Positions 1 to 11,975 of a DNA stretch of 50,016 nt are shown one piece after another. Source of the stretch: Octopus bimaculoides. Taxonomy: Eukaryota. Position numbers and translations under genes: made by a program. The stretch lies in the NCBI RefSeq assembly GCF_001194135.2, contig NC_068981.1:101056942-101106957 (forward strand), written 5' to 3'. Each line of letters begins with the position of its first letter. Positions within the stretch are counted from its first letter, which is position 1. The notes beneath the pieces were generated by a model that had not been told where the DNA came from, ran no database searches, and saw only the letters and a program-made list of their open reading frames with translations.

Positions 1-90
1 GGCTTACAAAGAGTAGATCCTGTGGTCGATTTGTTCGACCAATGTCGGTGCTCCAGCATGGCCGCAGTCACATTACTGAAACAAGCAAAT
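1..90 (+). mobile_element. 3' tail of SINE family D (local label), cut by window edge
   Basis: GGCTTACAAAGA..GGTCGATTT..GGTGCTCCAGCATGGCCGCAGTCA..ACTGAAACAAG aligns by eye to 42844-42930 of the full copy in this window. Confidence 0.85.
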
Positions 91-123
91 CAATTAAAAA
101 CTATGCCATTTTAATCTCTGCTA

Positions 124-167
<44 letters not shown>

Positions 168-170
<3 letters not shown>

Positions 171-455
171 TACCTCCTTCTCTTGCACTCTCCTATCTTT
201 GAAAAGAACTTTGCCTCCACCCTTTCCCTTCCGGTCATTTTAATATGTGACCGCATGTGTATCGTTGACAATTTTCTTTCTCCGACTTCCCTTCTTTGGA
301 CATTTTCTATATTTCTGAGGAAGAGCTTCGCTCGAAGCGTGAAATCCTCTTTCTTTTCTTTCCTTTCCTGAGTGTCCAATAACGCTGTACTTATTCCACG
401 GCCTCGCGTTGTTGTTTTCTCGTGTTTTTTCTTGCTTGTTTATGTTTGGATTGAA
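168..455 (+). mobile_element. Solo Penelope-like pseudo-LTR-type repeat between (TA)n tracts, with degenerate hammerhead motif at 311-345
   Basis: ATTT-CTGAGGA-A-GAGC-TTC-GCTC-GAAGCGTG-AAAT has the same layout as copies at 5125, 18189 and 20983; core is mutated (GAAG, GUG triplet). Confidence 0.55.
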
Positions 456-1059
456 TATATATATATATATATTTAAAGCAAAATAACCCCCGAGGACTGC
501 GATAGTCAATAAAACACGTAAATTTGATCTGAGCACTGATTTACCTTATTTGTTTATTTTTTGCATATTGAACATTTATCTTAGTCTTAATTCTAAAACA
601 CACTCATACACGCACGTACACACACACACACACGCACACAAACGCACGCACACATACACGTGCGCACACATGTATTCATACATATATGCGTGTATAATAG
701 ATGTATGAAAATATATCTGCATGTGTTCTTAGTCGTCAATGTTGCATCATAAATATGCAAAGCTAGGTAACATGTGTATATTTTGTAGGTAATGTAGTCA
801 GTAGCTGTTTAAATGATATATAAATTATATAATTTCTCTAGTGTCCCATGACTAATCCGTATAGCTGAATATTGATTTAGAGAATATGATTTATTGCAAT
901 TGTAAAAACATTGCTCTGACGTGTACCTGTCTCTGTTTCCTAGTCGTATGAGGCAGAAAACATGGGAAAGTTTTGTGTATGATATACCTGGATGAAAAAT
1001 AAATATGGGATTGATTTTAATTGTGCGTTTTAAATAACAACTTGTGAATTACTTGTAAG

Positions 1060-1545
1060 CGTATTCAAAAACTGAGCTCGATGTAATTGACTAGACGTTA
1101 CCCTGAAAATTACTGCTCTTGAGCCTTATGTAGAAATCAAGAATGATGGGATGGTAGAATTATTAGAATATCGGGAAACCGTCTTGCAGCGTTTGTTATG
1201 AATCTTTGTGTTCTGAGTTCAAATATTATCTAGCTCGGCATTGCCTATCATACTTCTGGATTGATAAACTGATGTACAAGTCAAGTACCCGGACTTGAGA
1301 TTGATTTAATTGACTAACTCCATCCCTCAAAATTACTGACCACGTCTCTAAATTAGAACTTGGTAGAAGCGTCGGACAAAATATCTTGCAGTCATTTGCT
1401 CAAGTTCTTTACGTTCTGAGATCAAATCCTGCTGGGTGGGGGCAGTGTTGTCCTTCATCCCTCGGGACTCGATAACATAATGTGACACACGGAGATTGGG
1501 GTCGATGTAATCGGCTAAGACTTCCAACCTCCCCCACACTCGAAG
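1060..1545 (+). mobile_element. Cluster of old, degenerate SINE family A pieces (about 1060-1140, 1150-1340, 1360-1545)
   Basis: Remnants GTTCTGAGTTCAAAT / GTTCTGAGATCAAAT, CTTCATCCCTCGGGACTCGATAA and GGGGTCGATGTAATCG match younger copies such as 29812-30018. Confidence 0.6.
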
Positions 1546-3753
1546 CTACTAATGTTCAGTATTTTATCCAACTCTTAAACGAGTCTGCGACTCTGATGCT
1601 CGATTTCATCTCCGACACTTGAACATAATTGTATAATAGAAATATTAATAATTATATGATAGAAAGAAAACATTAGTCCAGATGAAACGTAAAAATTCAC
1701 TGAATTATTATTTGATCATAACGGTAATAAAAATTCATATCACTTCATTTATAAAGAAAGAAATATATCTAAGGTGTACCATTAAAGGAGCAATCACTTT
1801 CATTTCTGGTGGCACGGGGATTGCTTGTGAAGTAATGACTATAATGAAGCCAACAGGTTCACGGCACGAGGAGGATATCATAGACATGTGCCAGTGACGA
1901 GAAATGATGAAAGGCAGGGAGCATGAAGTGATTCAATAGTAATGGAGGGGGCGACCAAAATAAAAGAGAAGAAAAGGATTAGCGCTGTTGGTAGGGCATG
2001 TTCGTTACTTGAATACATCTAATGAAATATCATTACTATTATTGTATTAAATACCAATGACAAATGGAAACCAGATGTTGGCTTCATCAAGTAAGTTCAT
2101 TTTCATCCGTTTAGAGACATTAGTGGTAATAGTGGAGATGGCACAGACGGTTGCGGCGTTGGTGATCGTGGTGGTTGCTTGTAGTGGTAGTAGTAGTAGT
2201 GGTAGTGTGTTGGTTCAGTGATTGAACATACTAGCAGTGATTGCTGTGAAAAGACTATAACGGAGGTGTGGTGGTGTTGGTATAGACGTGGTAGTGGTGG
2301 TATCTATGTCGGTTATATGATGGTAGTTGCTTACCTCCTCCTCTACCTTATCGTCATCATCACATCAATCAATCATTGTCGTCGTCATTATGTCGTCACA
2401 AACACTTAATATCTATCGATCTTTATCTCAAACAACTTTCTCAGAAAAATTTCTCACAACACTAAATTTCTTTTCTACCTTTTTTGCTTCCGAAGTATTT
2501 TTGCTTTTCTTTGATTTATTTCTAGATCTTGTTTGTTCCCTTCCACTTTGATTTCCAAATTTAAACCTTAATAACGGGATGTTTTTGTTTTGTTTTGTTT
2601 TGTTTTAATTCTTTAACTCTTGTTCTTTCTGTCATCCTATTTGCGTAATATATTTTGTTCCTATTGTTTTTAACCAACATTATTGAACATCCTCTACACC
2701 TCACCCCGATCCCTCTACTTATACCCCACTTACCTCGCTTCACTTCTCTTCTTCTAACCAACTGATCTTTTGTTTTCCCAATACCTTTCCTAAACAGAAA
2801 AAAAAAACAAAGAAGGATCAACCAGAGCAGTTTCAATGGAGTTTCTTAAGCAACTGTACCCTCTTTAACAGTCCACAGACACACTGATTATAAGTCCATT
2901 TTTACTAAGGGCTTAAGCACACCAGCAGCATTATTGGCTGCTATTTTCCTTTAATTAATTACTGGTGTGTCAACAGTAATGCTAATATGTACTGCAGAGT
3001 ATATCTATAGTTTTTAGCCAACATTGTATGTAATAACAAATGTAATTATCTTATCTTCGCATACAATATACTTGTGCATAAGTAACGTCTTTAAAGATAG
3101 TTGAAGTGGATACTTAGATCCTGATGAAGTCCCAACACAGACTCGAAGATATTCCAGTTGATCTTCTCTTTCTATTCTCGAGGTTTACACTTGTCTATTA
3201 CATAGTGTTGAGTGAAATTAATAGAGGTTTACATCCGCCTGTTACATAATGTTGACTGAAATCTATAGATATACACTGTATTATATAATAACTTTGAAAG
3301 AAAACACTGCTTATGTAGTAACGATATGGTTTCAATTTGTCAAAATCGTGAACATTTCAACTCTGTTATCAGCATAACTAATTTATTCGGTTCTCTCATG
3401 ACAATGTCTAAGTAGATGTTGAAAAGGTTGGGGGCTAACATTCAACCTTGTCTCAGACCCACGTGCATTTCAAAGCCATCCGTCAGTTCACTGTAAATCC
3501 TCCATGGTCCCGACATACACTCTGAACATTGAAACTAAAGTTGTTGTCAGGAATCCATTAGGTTACTCTCACATTAAATTGAGTACTCTGAATTGGTGAG
3601 TTTTACAAATATGAGCAATATGTGTGTGTGTGTGTGTGCGCGCGCGCATTTTTGTGTGCGTGCGTGTATATATATATCTAAATATATATATATATATATA
3701 AATAATACAAAGAATATGTATGCATGTATACCCACATATATGTACATACTTAC

Positions 3754-3785
<32 letters not shown>

Positions 3786-3959
3786 NNNNNNNNNNNNNNN
3801 NNNNNNNNNNNNNNNNNNNNNNNNNNNNNNNNNNNNNNNNNNNNNNNNNNNNNNNNNNNNNNNNNNNNNNNNNNNNNNNNNNNNNNNNNNNNNNNNNNNN
3901 NNNNNNNNNNNNNNNNNNNNNNNNNNNNNNNNNNNNNNNNNNNNNNNNNNNNNNNNNNN

Positions 3960-4014
<55 letters not shown>

Positions 4015-4608
4015 CACACACACACACACAAAGAAACATATATACATACAAACACACAAACACATACACACATAAATACATACGTACGTACATACATACA
4101 TACATATATACATACATACATACATATATACATACATGCACACATGATAATCGGTGCGGGATATCCTCATAGAAATTACTAAGAGCTAGCAGGGGTTCCT
4201 ACAGCAGCTTTGTACTACATACCTTCTATTGTTTCGTTTCTTTCTTTAAACATATTGGAATGATTATAAGTTGACGAGCAACATTGGTATAAAGTATAAT
4301 ATAATAAATACGGACGATCAAAATGTAGCCAGCATTTTATGGCCCAGTATGAATAAATTAGATAAATGGCTACGCCTATCTCCTTCCTCTACACTTTTTC
4401 TTTGTGTGTGCGTGTGTGTGTGTGAGGCGCGGATTTCCATCACCATTCTTTATCTCTTGTATTCATTCGTATAAATAATTCCTTTGGTGTTTTAATTCTA
4501 CTTCGAAATATTTCTAGTCATTTATGTGTTTATACACACATACATGTATACACACATACATGCATAGACACGCGTGCGCAAACACACAGACACAGAGACA
4601 CGGACGCG

Positions 4609-4662
<54 letters not shown>

Positions 4663-5054
4663 NNNNNNNNNNNNNNNNNNNNNNNNNNNNNNNNNNNNNN
4701 NNNNNNNNNNNNNNNNNNNNNNNNNNNNNNNNNNNNNNNNNNNNNNNNNNNNNNNNNNNNNNNNNNNNNNNNNNNNNNNNNNNNNNNNNNNNNNNNNNNN
4801 NNNNNNNNNNNNNNNNNNNNNNNNNNNNNNNNNNNNNNNNNNNNNNNNNNNNNNNNNNNNNNNNNNNNNNNNNNNNNNNNNNNNNNNNNNNNNNNNNNNN
4901 NNNNNNNNNNNNNNNNNNNNNNNNNNNNNNNNNNNNNNNNNNNNNNNNNNNNNNNNNNNNNNNNNNNNNNNNNNNNNNNNNNNNNNNNNNACGCTGGACA
5001 GTAAGAAAATAAGGAAAAACGCGGAAAAAACTTAAAGAAAGTTAGTGCATATAT

Positions 5055-5248
5055 CGGCATTCGCCATGATAGATCCCTGACCACTACACATATTTTTTTT
5101 CTCTCCTTGTTTCTTTCTGTGTTCCTTTCTGTTGAAGAGCGTAGGCTCGAAACGTTAAAGACTTTCTCTATTCCCGAGCGTTATGCTAATACATCCATTT
5201 GTTGTTTACACCACCTGTCTTCGTCTGTTGTTTTTTCGTAAATTTTCC
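5055..5248 (+). mobile_element. Penelope-like pseudo-LTR copy ending in (TA)n
   Basis: GGCATTCGCCATGATAGATC..TTTCTGTTGAAGAGCG aligns to the reverse complement of 20980-21090, which lies downstream of a GIY-YIG fragment; 3' part aligns to 18224-18310. Confidence 0.75.
5125..5160 (+). ncRNA. Minimal type I hammerhead ribozyme-like motif, variant core
   Basis: CTTT-CTGTTGA-A-GAGC-GTAG-GCTC-GAAACGTT-AAAG: stem I CUUU/AAAG, stem II GAGC/GCUC, palindromic ACGU stem III, GUU triplet. Confidence 0.6.
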
Positions 5249-5285
5249 CATATATATATATATATATATATACACACAGAGATTT

Positions 5286-5374
5286 GTCATAGGGATTTCG
5301 AAGTTTCAGCCTGCTAGCCGTCATCGTACAGTCCGATGAAGGCTGGCAGGCCGAAACTTCGAAGTCACTATCAC
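5286..5374. repeat. 89-bp imperfect palindrome (41-bp arms, 7-nt loop) with a hammerhead-like core on each strand
   Basis: Arms 5286-5326 and 5334-5374 match 35/41 as reverse complements; plus strand reads AGT-CCGATGA-A-GGC-TGGCAG-GCC-GAAACTTCGAAGTC-ACT. Confidence 0.85.
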
Positions 5375-5489
5375 CACACTACTTGTAGAAATATGATATA
5401 TATGTACTCTGCAAAAAAGCAGTGAGCAATTCTTCAGTTTAATGTAAAAATAGCTGTTTATATATGTCTATATATGTGGCAGTTTATAT

Positions 5490-5820
5490 ATGCGTCTTTA
5501 GACGATGAGGATTCAGTGTTTCGTTCAACTGAATTATTTCTTCTTGAATTAAGATGTAAATGGTTGAGTATTCCCCAGATACGAGCACCCTAAACGTAAC
5601 CCTCAGGCAAAATCAGTGTGACACACAATGCGTGATAGTACCTTTAGAATTACAGGTACAATCCTCCCGACCGGCTTCTGTACAGTTTCTTTCTTCTTAT
5701 CTTCACTCACAAGACACGGGCTATGGATAAATTACATTTGCCCAAGAAGTTACACAACGGGATCGAACTCGGAACCTGATGGTTGCGAAATGAAATTCTT
5801 AAATATACAGCCATACTGCG
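5490..5820 (-). mobile_element. Old chimeric SINE: family D head joined to family C 3' half
   Basis: 5665-5820 (reverse complement) aligns to 42535-42693; 5490-5662 aligns to 8425-8604. Confidence 0.65.
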
Positions 5821-5861
5821 TCTACTGTCTGTGTGTGCGCGCGCGCGTATACATACATACA

Positions 5862-5893
<32 letters not shown>

Positions 5894-6656
5894 CATTCTC
5901 AACTAGTACTTATAGATCCATTACAGCCGATTTTATCAATCGGTTTCGCACCGAGTGTTAGGTAATCAGATTATGATCTAATAACTGTGCTCAACAGAGA
6001 TGAAAAGTGTGAGCAGATTCATTGGATAATCGTCTGGCAATCTAATATCCTGTGCGAAACTGTTAGGTACGATCGGTTGTAATGGATCTATAGTTTGATT
6101 AATATGCCAAATCAATTTTTTTCTGACTTAAGGATTCTTGGAAAACTATATGTGCGTGTATGTGTATGTGTGTCTGTCTCTCTTTGGTGTTTGTATGCTT
6201 ATGTATAGATACGTTCATACATACATACATATATTCACCAACATACACACACACACNNNNNNNNNNNNNNNNNNNNNNNNNNNNNNNNNNNNNNNNNNNN
6301 NNNNNNNNNNNNNNNNNNNNNNNNNNNNNNNNNNNNNNNNNNNNNNNNNNNNNNNNNNNNNNNNNNNNNNNNNNNNNNNNNNNNNNNNNNNNNNNNNNNN
6401 NNNNNNNNNNNNNNNNNNNNNNNNNNNNNNNNNNNNNNNNNNNNNNNNNNNNNNNNNNNNNNNNNNNNNNNNNNNNNNNNNNNNNNNNNNNNNNNNNNNN
6501 NNNNNNNNNNNNNNNNNNNNNNNNNNNNNNNNNNNNNNNNNNNNNNNNNNNNNNNNNNNNNNNNNNNNNNNNNNNNNNNNNNNNNNNNNNNNNNNNNNNN
6601 NNNNNNNNNNNNNNNNNNNNNNNNNNNNNNNNNNNNNNNNNNNNNNNNNNNNNNNN

Positions 6657-6830
6657 TTTCAAATTTTGGTACTGGACCCCAGTGATCAACCGGTGCTTAT
6701 TTCATCGGCCCCGAAAGGATGAAAAGCAAGGTCGACCGCGACGGAATTCGAAGTTAGAACGTAGCGACGGACGAAATGCCGCTACGCATTTTGCCTGGCG
6801 TGCTAACGATTTTGCCAGCTCGCTGCCTTT
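6657..6830 (-). mobile_element. tRNA-derived SINE family A (head GGCGGCGAGCTGGCAGAA)
   Basis: GAAAGGATGAAAAGCAAGGTCGACC..GGACGAAATGCCGCTA..GCCAGCTCGCTGCC; Pol III A/B-box-like motifs on the minus strand; 3' end abuts a gap. Confidence 0.9.
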
Positions 6831-7367
6831 AATAGTATTAATATAATACAGAAAATATAGGTGGTATTTTAAGCTTGCAGGCGTCGGAGTCCAGATGTTT
6901 AGCATCCGGATGCCCAAGTTCTAGATGTGTCTTCGAATCCCTGTTGTAAGTGTATCACTGCTGGTGCCCGGCAGCAGTAAGTACCATTGAGAAGTATATG
7001 AAGTACGCCGAGCTATTTACTCTCCCTTGGTACATGTGGAACCTGGTGTGTAGTCAAAAGGAAATAAACTTATTCTTGAATGTTCTACAATTCCCTTTTA
7101 ACCAATTCAAAAATTCTTCAGTGTTTCTTCTTTTCCTCCTCAACATTCTGTTTTCTTTTATATTAAATAGATCCATTGCTCTTTATATCTCTGCTGTTTC
7201 ATTCTATTTCCAAATTCTTTTTAACTAAAAGCACTCACCCAAACACACACTCACGCACATATACAAACACGCACACTCACTCATTCAGAGTCATTACACA
7301 CGTACGCACACATATATCCATTTACATACCTCTTTATCATCTGTATCTACTTTCGTTTACATTCAAA

Positions 7368-7374
<7 letters not shown>

Positions 7375-7442
<68 letters not shown>
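7375..7442. repeat. (CT)n microsatellite; a second tract lies at about 7591-7636
   Basis: Visible directly in sequence. Confidence 0.95.
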
Positions 7443-7445
<3 letters not shown>

Positions 7446-7588
7446 TTTCTCCCTCTCTCTCGTGATTACTTTTTTTACATTAGTTTTTTCCCGATTACCG
7501 TCACCCCACCGTTACCACCATCTCTATCACCACCATTATCACCACTACCAGCACCACAATCTCTTCGCTATCCTCCATATTTTTATCG

Positions 7589-7640
<52 letters not shown>

Positions 7641-7773
7641 CAATCTCTCTACCTCTCCTGTCCATATTAACACTTCTCTTTCCTCTTCCTCTTTGTTTAC
7701 ATCTTCCAGGTAAATCATGATGGCCGTTATTTCTCACCTTCTCTTTTCGTTAATCTTTCTCCTTTTCATATTA

Positions 7774-7968
7774 ACTTCAAGTTTTGTCACAAGGCCAATT
7801 TCGAGAGAAAAAGAAAGTCGATTTTATCAACCGGTACTTACTTTATCAACTCCGAAAGAATGAAAGGCAAAGTCGACCTCGGCGAAATTTGAACTCAGAA
7901 CATAAAGACGGACGAAATGCCGCTAAGCATTTTGTCCGGTGTGCTGACGATTCTGCCAGCTTGCCGTC
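7774..7968 (-). mobile_element. SINE family A with degenerate 22-24 bp TSD
   Basis: Body matches other copies; TTAATCTTTCTCCTTTTCATATTA (7750-7773) vs TTAATCTGTCTTTTTCATATTA (7969-7990). Confidence 0.85.
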
Positions 7969-8404
7969 TTAATCTGTCTTTTTCATATTAGCACTTCTCT
8001 CTTCGCTTCTTTCTCTTTATCACTATCTTCAAGTCATCCCTCCATGGCTATTATATCTTCCTTTGTCTCGAAACGCATCGTTTCTCTATATATTTTACTA
8101 CTTCCAAAGTTATTTTCCATTTTGATTTTATTGTAGTTTATTATTTGTCTTCATCCCCAACACCATTCTCCCACCCTGCCATCATTTCACCGTCGAGATG
8201 AAATTCCGTCAGTATGGTGCCTCTAGAAAGTCATCCAAAATATTAATACCGCATACTGCGTCGACCGAAGAATGCCAAGAAATTAAGAATTACTACTACC
8301 ACCACCACCATCACCACCCTACTACTATTATATTAACAACAGCATCAACAAGAATAACGTCCACAGAAGCAAGTGCATCAACAGTAACAGTAGCAGCAGT
8401 TAAC

Positions 8405-8802
8405 GTTGTTGTTGTTGTTGTTGGCACTCCGTCGCTTATGACGTTGAGGGTTCCAGTTGATCCTCTCAACGGAACAGCCTGCTCTTGAAATTAACGTGCA
8501 AGTGGCTGAGCACTCCACAGACACGTGTACCCTTAACGTAGTTCTCGGGGATATTCAGCGTGACACAGAGTGTGATAAGGCTGACCCTTTGAATTACAGG
8601 CACAACAGAAACAGGAAGTAAGAGTGAGAGAAAGTTGTGGTGGAAGAGTACAGCAGGGTTTGCCACCATCCCCTGTCGGAGCCTCGTGGAGCTTTAGGTG
8701 TTTTCGCTCAACAAACACTCACAACGCCCGGTCTAGGAATCGAAACTGCGATCCTATGACCGCGAGTCCGCTGCCCTAACCACTGGGTCATTGCGCCTCC
8801 AC
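8405..8802 (-). mobile_element. Full-length tRNA-derived SINE family C with (CAA)n tail
   Basis: Minus strand GTGGAGGCGCAATGACCCAGTGGTTAGGGCAGCGG..GTTTCGATTCC (A and B boxes); TSD AGCAGCAGTTAAC 8392-8404 vs AGCAACAGTTAAC 8803-8815 (12/13). Confidence 0.9.
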
Positions 8803-8914
8803 AGCAACAGTTAACTTAAGAGCTACAAAACCTACAAGAATACCTACAGAAGTTGCAGAGAATATTTATTAGTTATACGGCCAGAAAATACGAGAGTCCT
8901 TACGTCGTCATCTG

Positions 8915-9095
8915 ACCGGCTAGAAATAGGTACCAAATGTCTCCCAAATTGCATCTTGCCGTCCTATTAAAGAACACATTGATTTATATAATCTTTAGCT
9001 TTTTTGAACTGGATAGTCACGGCTTTACGCCTCTGAACATAGTTCAGTTCGATCAGAGGTGACCTGATGTTAAACAACAACAACAACAGCAGCAA
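8915..9095 (+). mobile_element. Old interspersed repeat family E ending in (CAA)n
   Basis: CTAGAAATAG..CAAAT....GATCAGAGGTGACCTG..TAAACAACAAC; related diverged copies at 29115-29320 (+), 37060-37150 (+, partial), 26995-27185 (-) and 41855-42045 (-). Confidence 0.5.
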
Positions 9096-9107
9096 CAATA
9101 ATAATAA

Positions 9108-9306
9108 TGGTTTAAAATTTTGGTATAAGGCCAACAATTTCAGGGGAGGGACTAGGTTGATTACAACGACCTCAGTGTTTAACTGGTACTTATTTTATCT
9201 ACCCCGACAGGATGAAAGGCAGAGTCGACCTCGACCAAATTTGAACTTAGAACATGAAGACGGACGAAATGCCGCTAAGCTAACGATTCTACCAGCGCTC
9301 CGCCTT
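9108..9306 (-). mobile_element. SINE family A
   Basis: AAATTTTGGTATAAGGCCA..ACTGGTACTTATTTTATC..GGATGAAAGGCAGAGTCGACCTCG..GGACGAAATGCCGCTAAGC. Confidence 0.9.
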
Positions 9307-9491
9307 AACAGCAATTACTATAACTTTAGTTTTGATCGGCTACTGACTTGCTACGAAGCTCAGCTAAAACCCACAATGTAATAACACTTTCTCAGACATC
9401 TAGGGCAGTGCTGCAGCTATGCAAACAATCATCCCTGACCAAGACCAGCAGATAAGCAAAGACTAACATAATGCAAACTCGGAATCTGAAC

Positions 9492-9560
9492 AATGTCTCT
9501 GCAATCGGCTTATTCTACCGCTATTATAACGGCATCTCCTTCTCTGAACTACCTAATTAA
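9492..9560 (+). pseudogene. Short CR1/Jockey-group LINE ORF2 C-terminal remnant
   Basis: Manual translation NVSAIGLFYRYYNGISFSEL resembles the LFYRYYxGxCSxEL motif; same type as 47020-47320. Confidence 0.45.
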
Positions 9561-9736
9561 ATACCTCTCTAAGCTGGCCTACCGAAACATATGACATTCC
9601 TCCAACTAAGAAATAGACAATTCGTCTCTAACCATTGACGATGTATACACAAGCAAGAAACCTTTTTCTCAACAGCTCAATTGGTTTAGCTGTGAATTTT
9701 ACTGCACAGCAGCATGATAATCAGCATTTTGAGTTA

Positions 9737-10256
9737 TACACCTTCTCCCCAACTTACGACCGAGTTCCGTTCCGACTGACAGGTCGTAAGTCGATCTGGT
9801 CGTGTATGGGATTTATATTTTTTCTCAGCACTATTTTCATTCAAACAGGTTATAAAAATATAAAACACATAAATTTAATTCATAACTATTGTACATAATA
9901 TGAAAAATACATATGTACTCTATTGTACTAAATACAATCTAAAATTAATTTAAAAGTTAATATAAATGAAATTCCGCATTCATACAATAAAAACAATTGT
10001 TCTTGTGAAAAAGTGCAATTGAAAATATATTTTTAGTCTTCAAAGTCATGTTCTTGTGTTGAGGTAGATGGTTCTTCGAGGAATATGGCGAGCTTTGTTT
10101 GAATAGTTTTTTTTTTCTTTTTTTTCGTCGTAAATCTTACGATAACAACGCACAGCATCTTGAATGATACGTTCAACCTTTGCAAAGTGTTCGGCTTTTT
10201 GTGATCGTAAGTCGCATATGTCCTAAGTCGCATAGGTCGTAAGTCGAGGAGGTGTA
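9737..10256 (-). mobile_element. Internally deleted pogo/Tigger-type DNA transposon
   Basis: Imperfect TIRs TACACCTTCTCCCCAACTTACGACC / GGTCGTAAGTCGAGGAGGTGTA; repeated GTCGTAAGTCG motifs; minus-strand AEHFAKVERIIQDAVRCYRKIYDEKK then (frameshift) TIQTKLAIFL resembles a Tigger transposase C-terminus. Confidence 0.7.
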
Positions 10257-11816
10257 CTAAGCTTAATTCTACATTTAAGAAATATCTTTTGTNNNNNNNN
10301 NNNNNNNNNNNNNNNNNNNNNNNNNNNNNNNNNNNNNNNNNNNNNNNNNNNNNNNNNNNNNNNNNNNNNNNNNNNNNNNNNNNNNNNNNNNNNNNNNNNN
10401 NNNNNNNNNNNNNNNNNNNNNNNNNNNNNNNNNNNNNNNNNNNNNNNNNNNNNNNNNNNNNNNNNNNNNNNNNNNNNNNNNNNNNNNNNNNNNNNNNNNN
10501 NNNNNNNNNNNNNNNNNNNNNNNNNNNNNNNNNNNNNNNNNNNNNNNNNNNNNNNNNNNNNNNNNNNNNNNNNNNNNNNNNNNNNNNNNNNNNNNNNNNN
10601 NNNNNNNNNNNNNNNNNNNNNNNNNNNNNNNNNNNNNNNNNNNNNNNNNNNNNNNNNNNNNNNNNNNNNNNNNNNNNNNNNNNNNNNNNNNNNNNNNNNN
10701 NNNNNNNNNNNNNNNNNNNNGAGAGAGAGAGGGAAAGAGAGAGAGGGAGAAAGAGACAGACAGACAGACAGACAGGCAGGCAGACAGGCAGAAACAGAGA
10801 CAGACAGGCAGAGTGAGAAAGTGAAAGAGAGGGAAAGAGAGAGAGAGAGGGGGGGTGAGAGAGAGAGAGGGAGGGAGAGAGAGAGAGAGAAGAATTGGCC
10901 CCGGTGCTGATAGTTTATTTATCGACACTGGGAGGATGAAACCGTGATGAGAATAAAATTAAGAACGCAAAGGATCGGAATGACTATTGCATGACATTCT
11001 ACTCAACATTCTAAAGTCTCTGGCAAGTCGCTACCTAATGTTATCTTGTCCAAGTGTGTATAGAAGAAAGAAACAAAGATTTGTCTCTCATTTGTTCTCA
11101 TGCCACAGAAACCATTTACGAGCATCAACACCAATTAAGCGAACTGCAGAATTGTATGAATGGAAATTTTAATGATATTTTAAAAAAATAAATTTAGGAG
11201 TAGTACTTGTCAGGTAAGTGATTTGATCTGAAGCCGTGTGTTGAAAGTAACACAATTACAACGTGCAAGACACATTTTAGTGTTTTCCATGTTGTAATTC
11301 GAAAGGCACAAAGGCTGCTAACTTCACTTAAACGTTCATTATTTGGTACAAAAATTTCGTCGCACCAACTGCGACCTTGTCATTGACGCAAAAGTTTAGA
11401 ATATTTATTACTTCAACAAACGCATTATATGCAGGTTTTTCGTTTGAATATTTTACATAATACTGTTATTCTCCATAGACACAACCAAATAAGCACAAAT
11501 TTAAAATAAACCAAAACTAGATTAGATCTTAGATGAAAAACAAAACCAATCTAACACTCCTAGTAATTCTTCTTTTCTTGATTATTTCACACCACATCTT
11601 TCCTTATTTTTCATACGTTTTCATGTCTGCATCATTCCATTTTACAAAGTCGATTTTTATATACTTTGTTTTTAATATAAGTTTATAATATAAGCCTTTT
11701 CATCATTTTTCTCTGTGGTGCGCACTGTCAGGAGAGCGTATGTATCTGTATGTACGCGTACATGTTCGTGAAAAGCAACACATAAAATCATAAATAAATG
11801 CGTGTGGCTTACATTA

Positions 11817-11914
<98 letters not shown>

Positions 11915-11935
11915 ATGTATGTATGTATGTTTGTT
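11817..11935. repeat. Compound tetranucleotide microsatellite (TATC)n-(TGTC)n-(TATG)n
   Basis: Visible directly; unit changes by single substitutions. Confidence 0.95.
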
Positions 11936-11975
11936 TAACTATCTATCTATATGAATGTATGTGTAAATGCATATA

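Noticed and set aside
3110-3170. CTGATGA-AGTC-loop-GACT-C-GAAG hammerhead-like motif, followed by a 44-bp imperfect duplication at 3180-3267
   Set aside because: GAAA is mutated and no convincing stem I/III; at best a dead copy
6880-7060. Possible ancient tRNA-like SINE head (..TTCGAATCCC..)
   Set aside because: No second copy in the window and no clear A box
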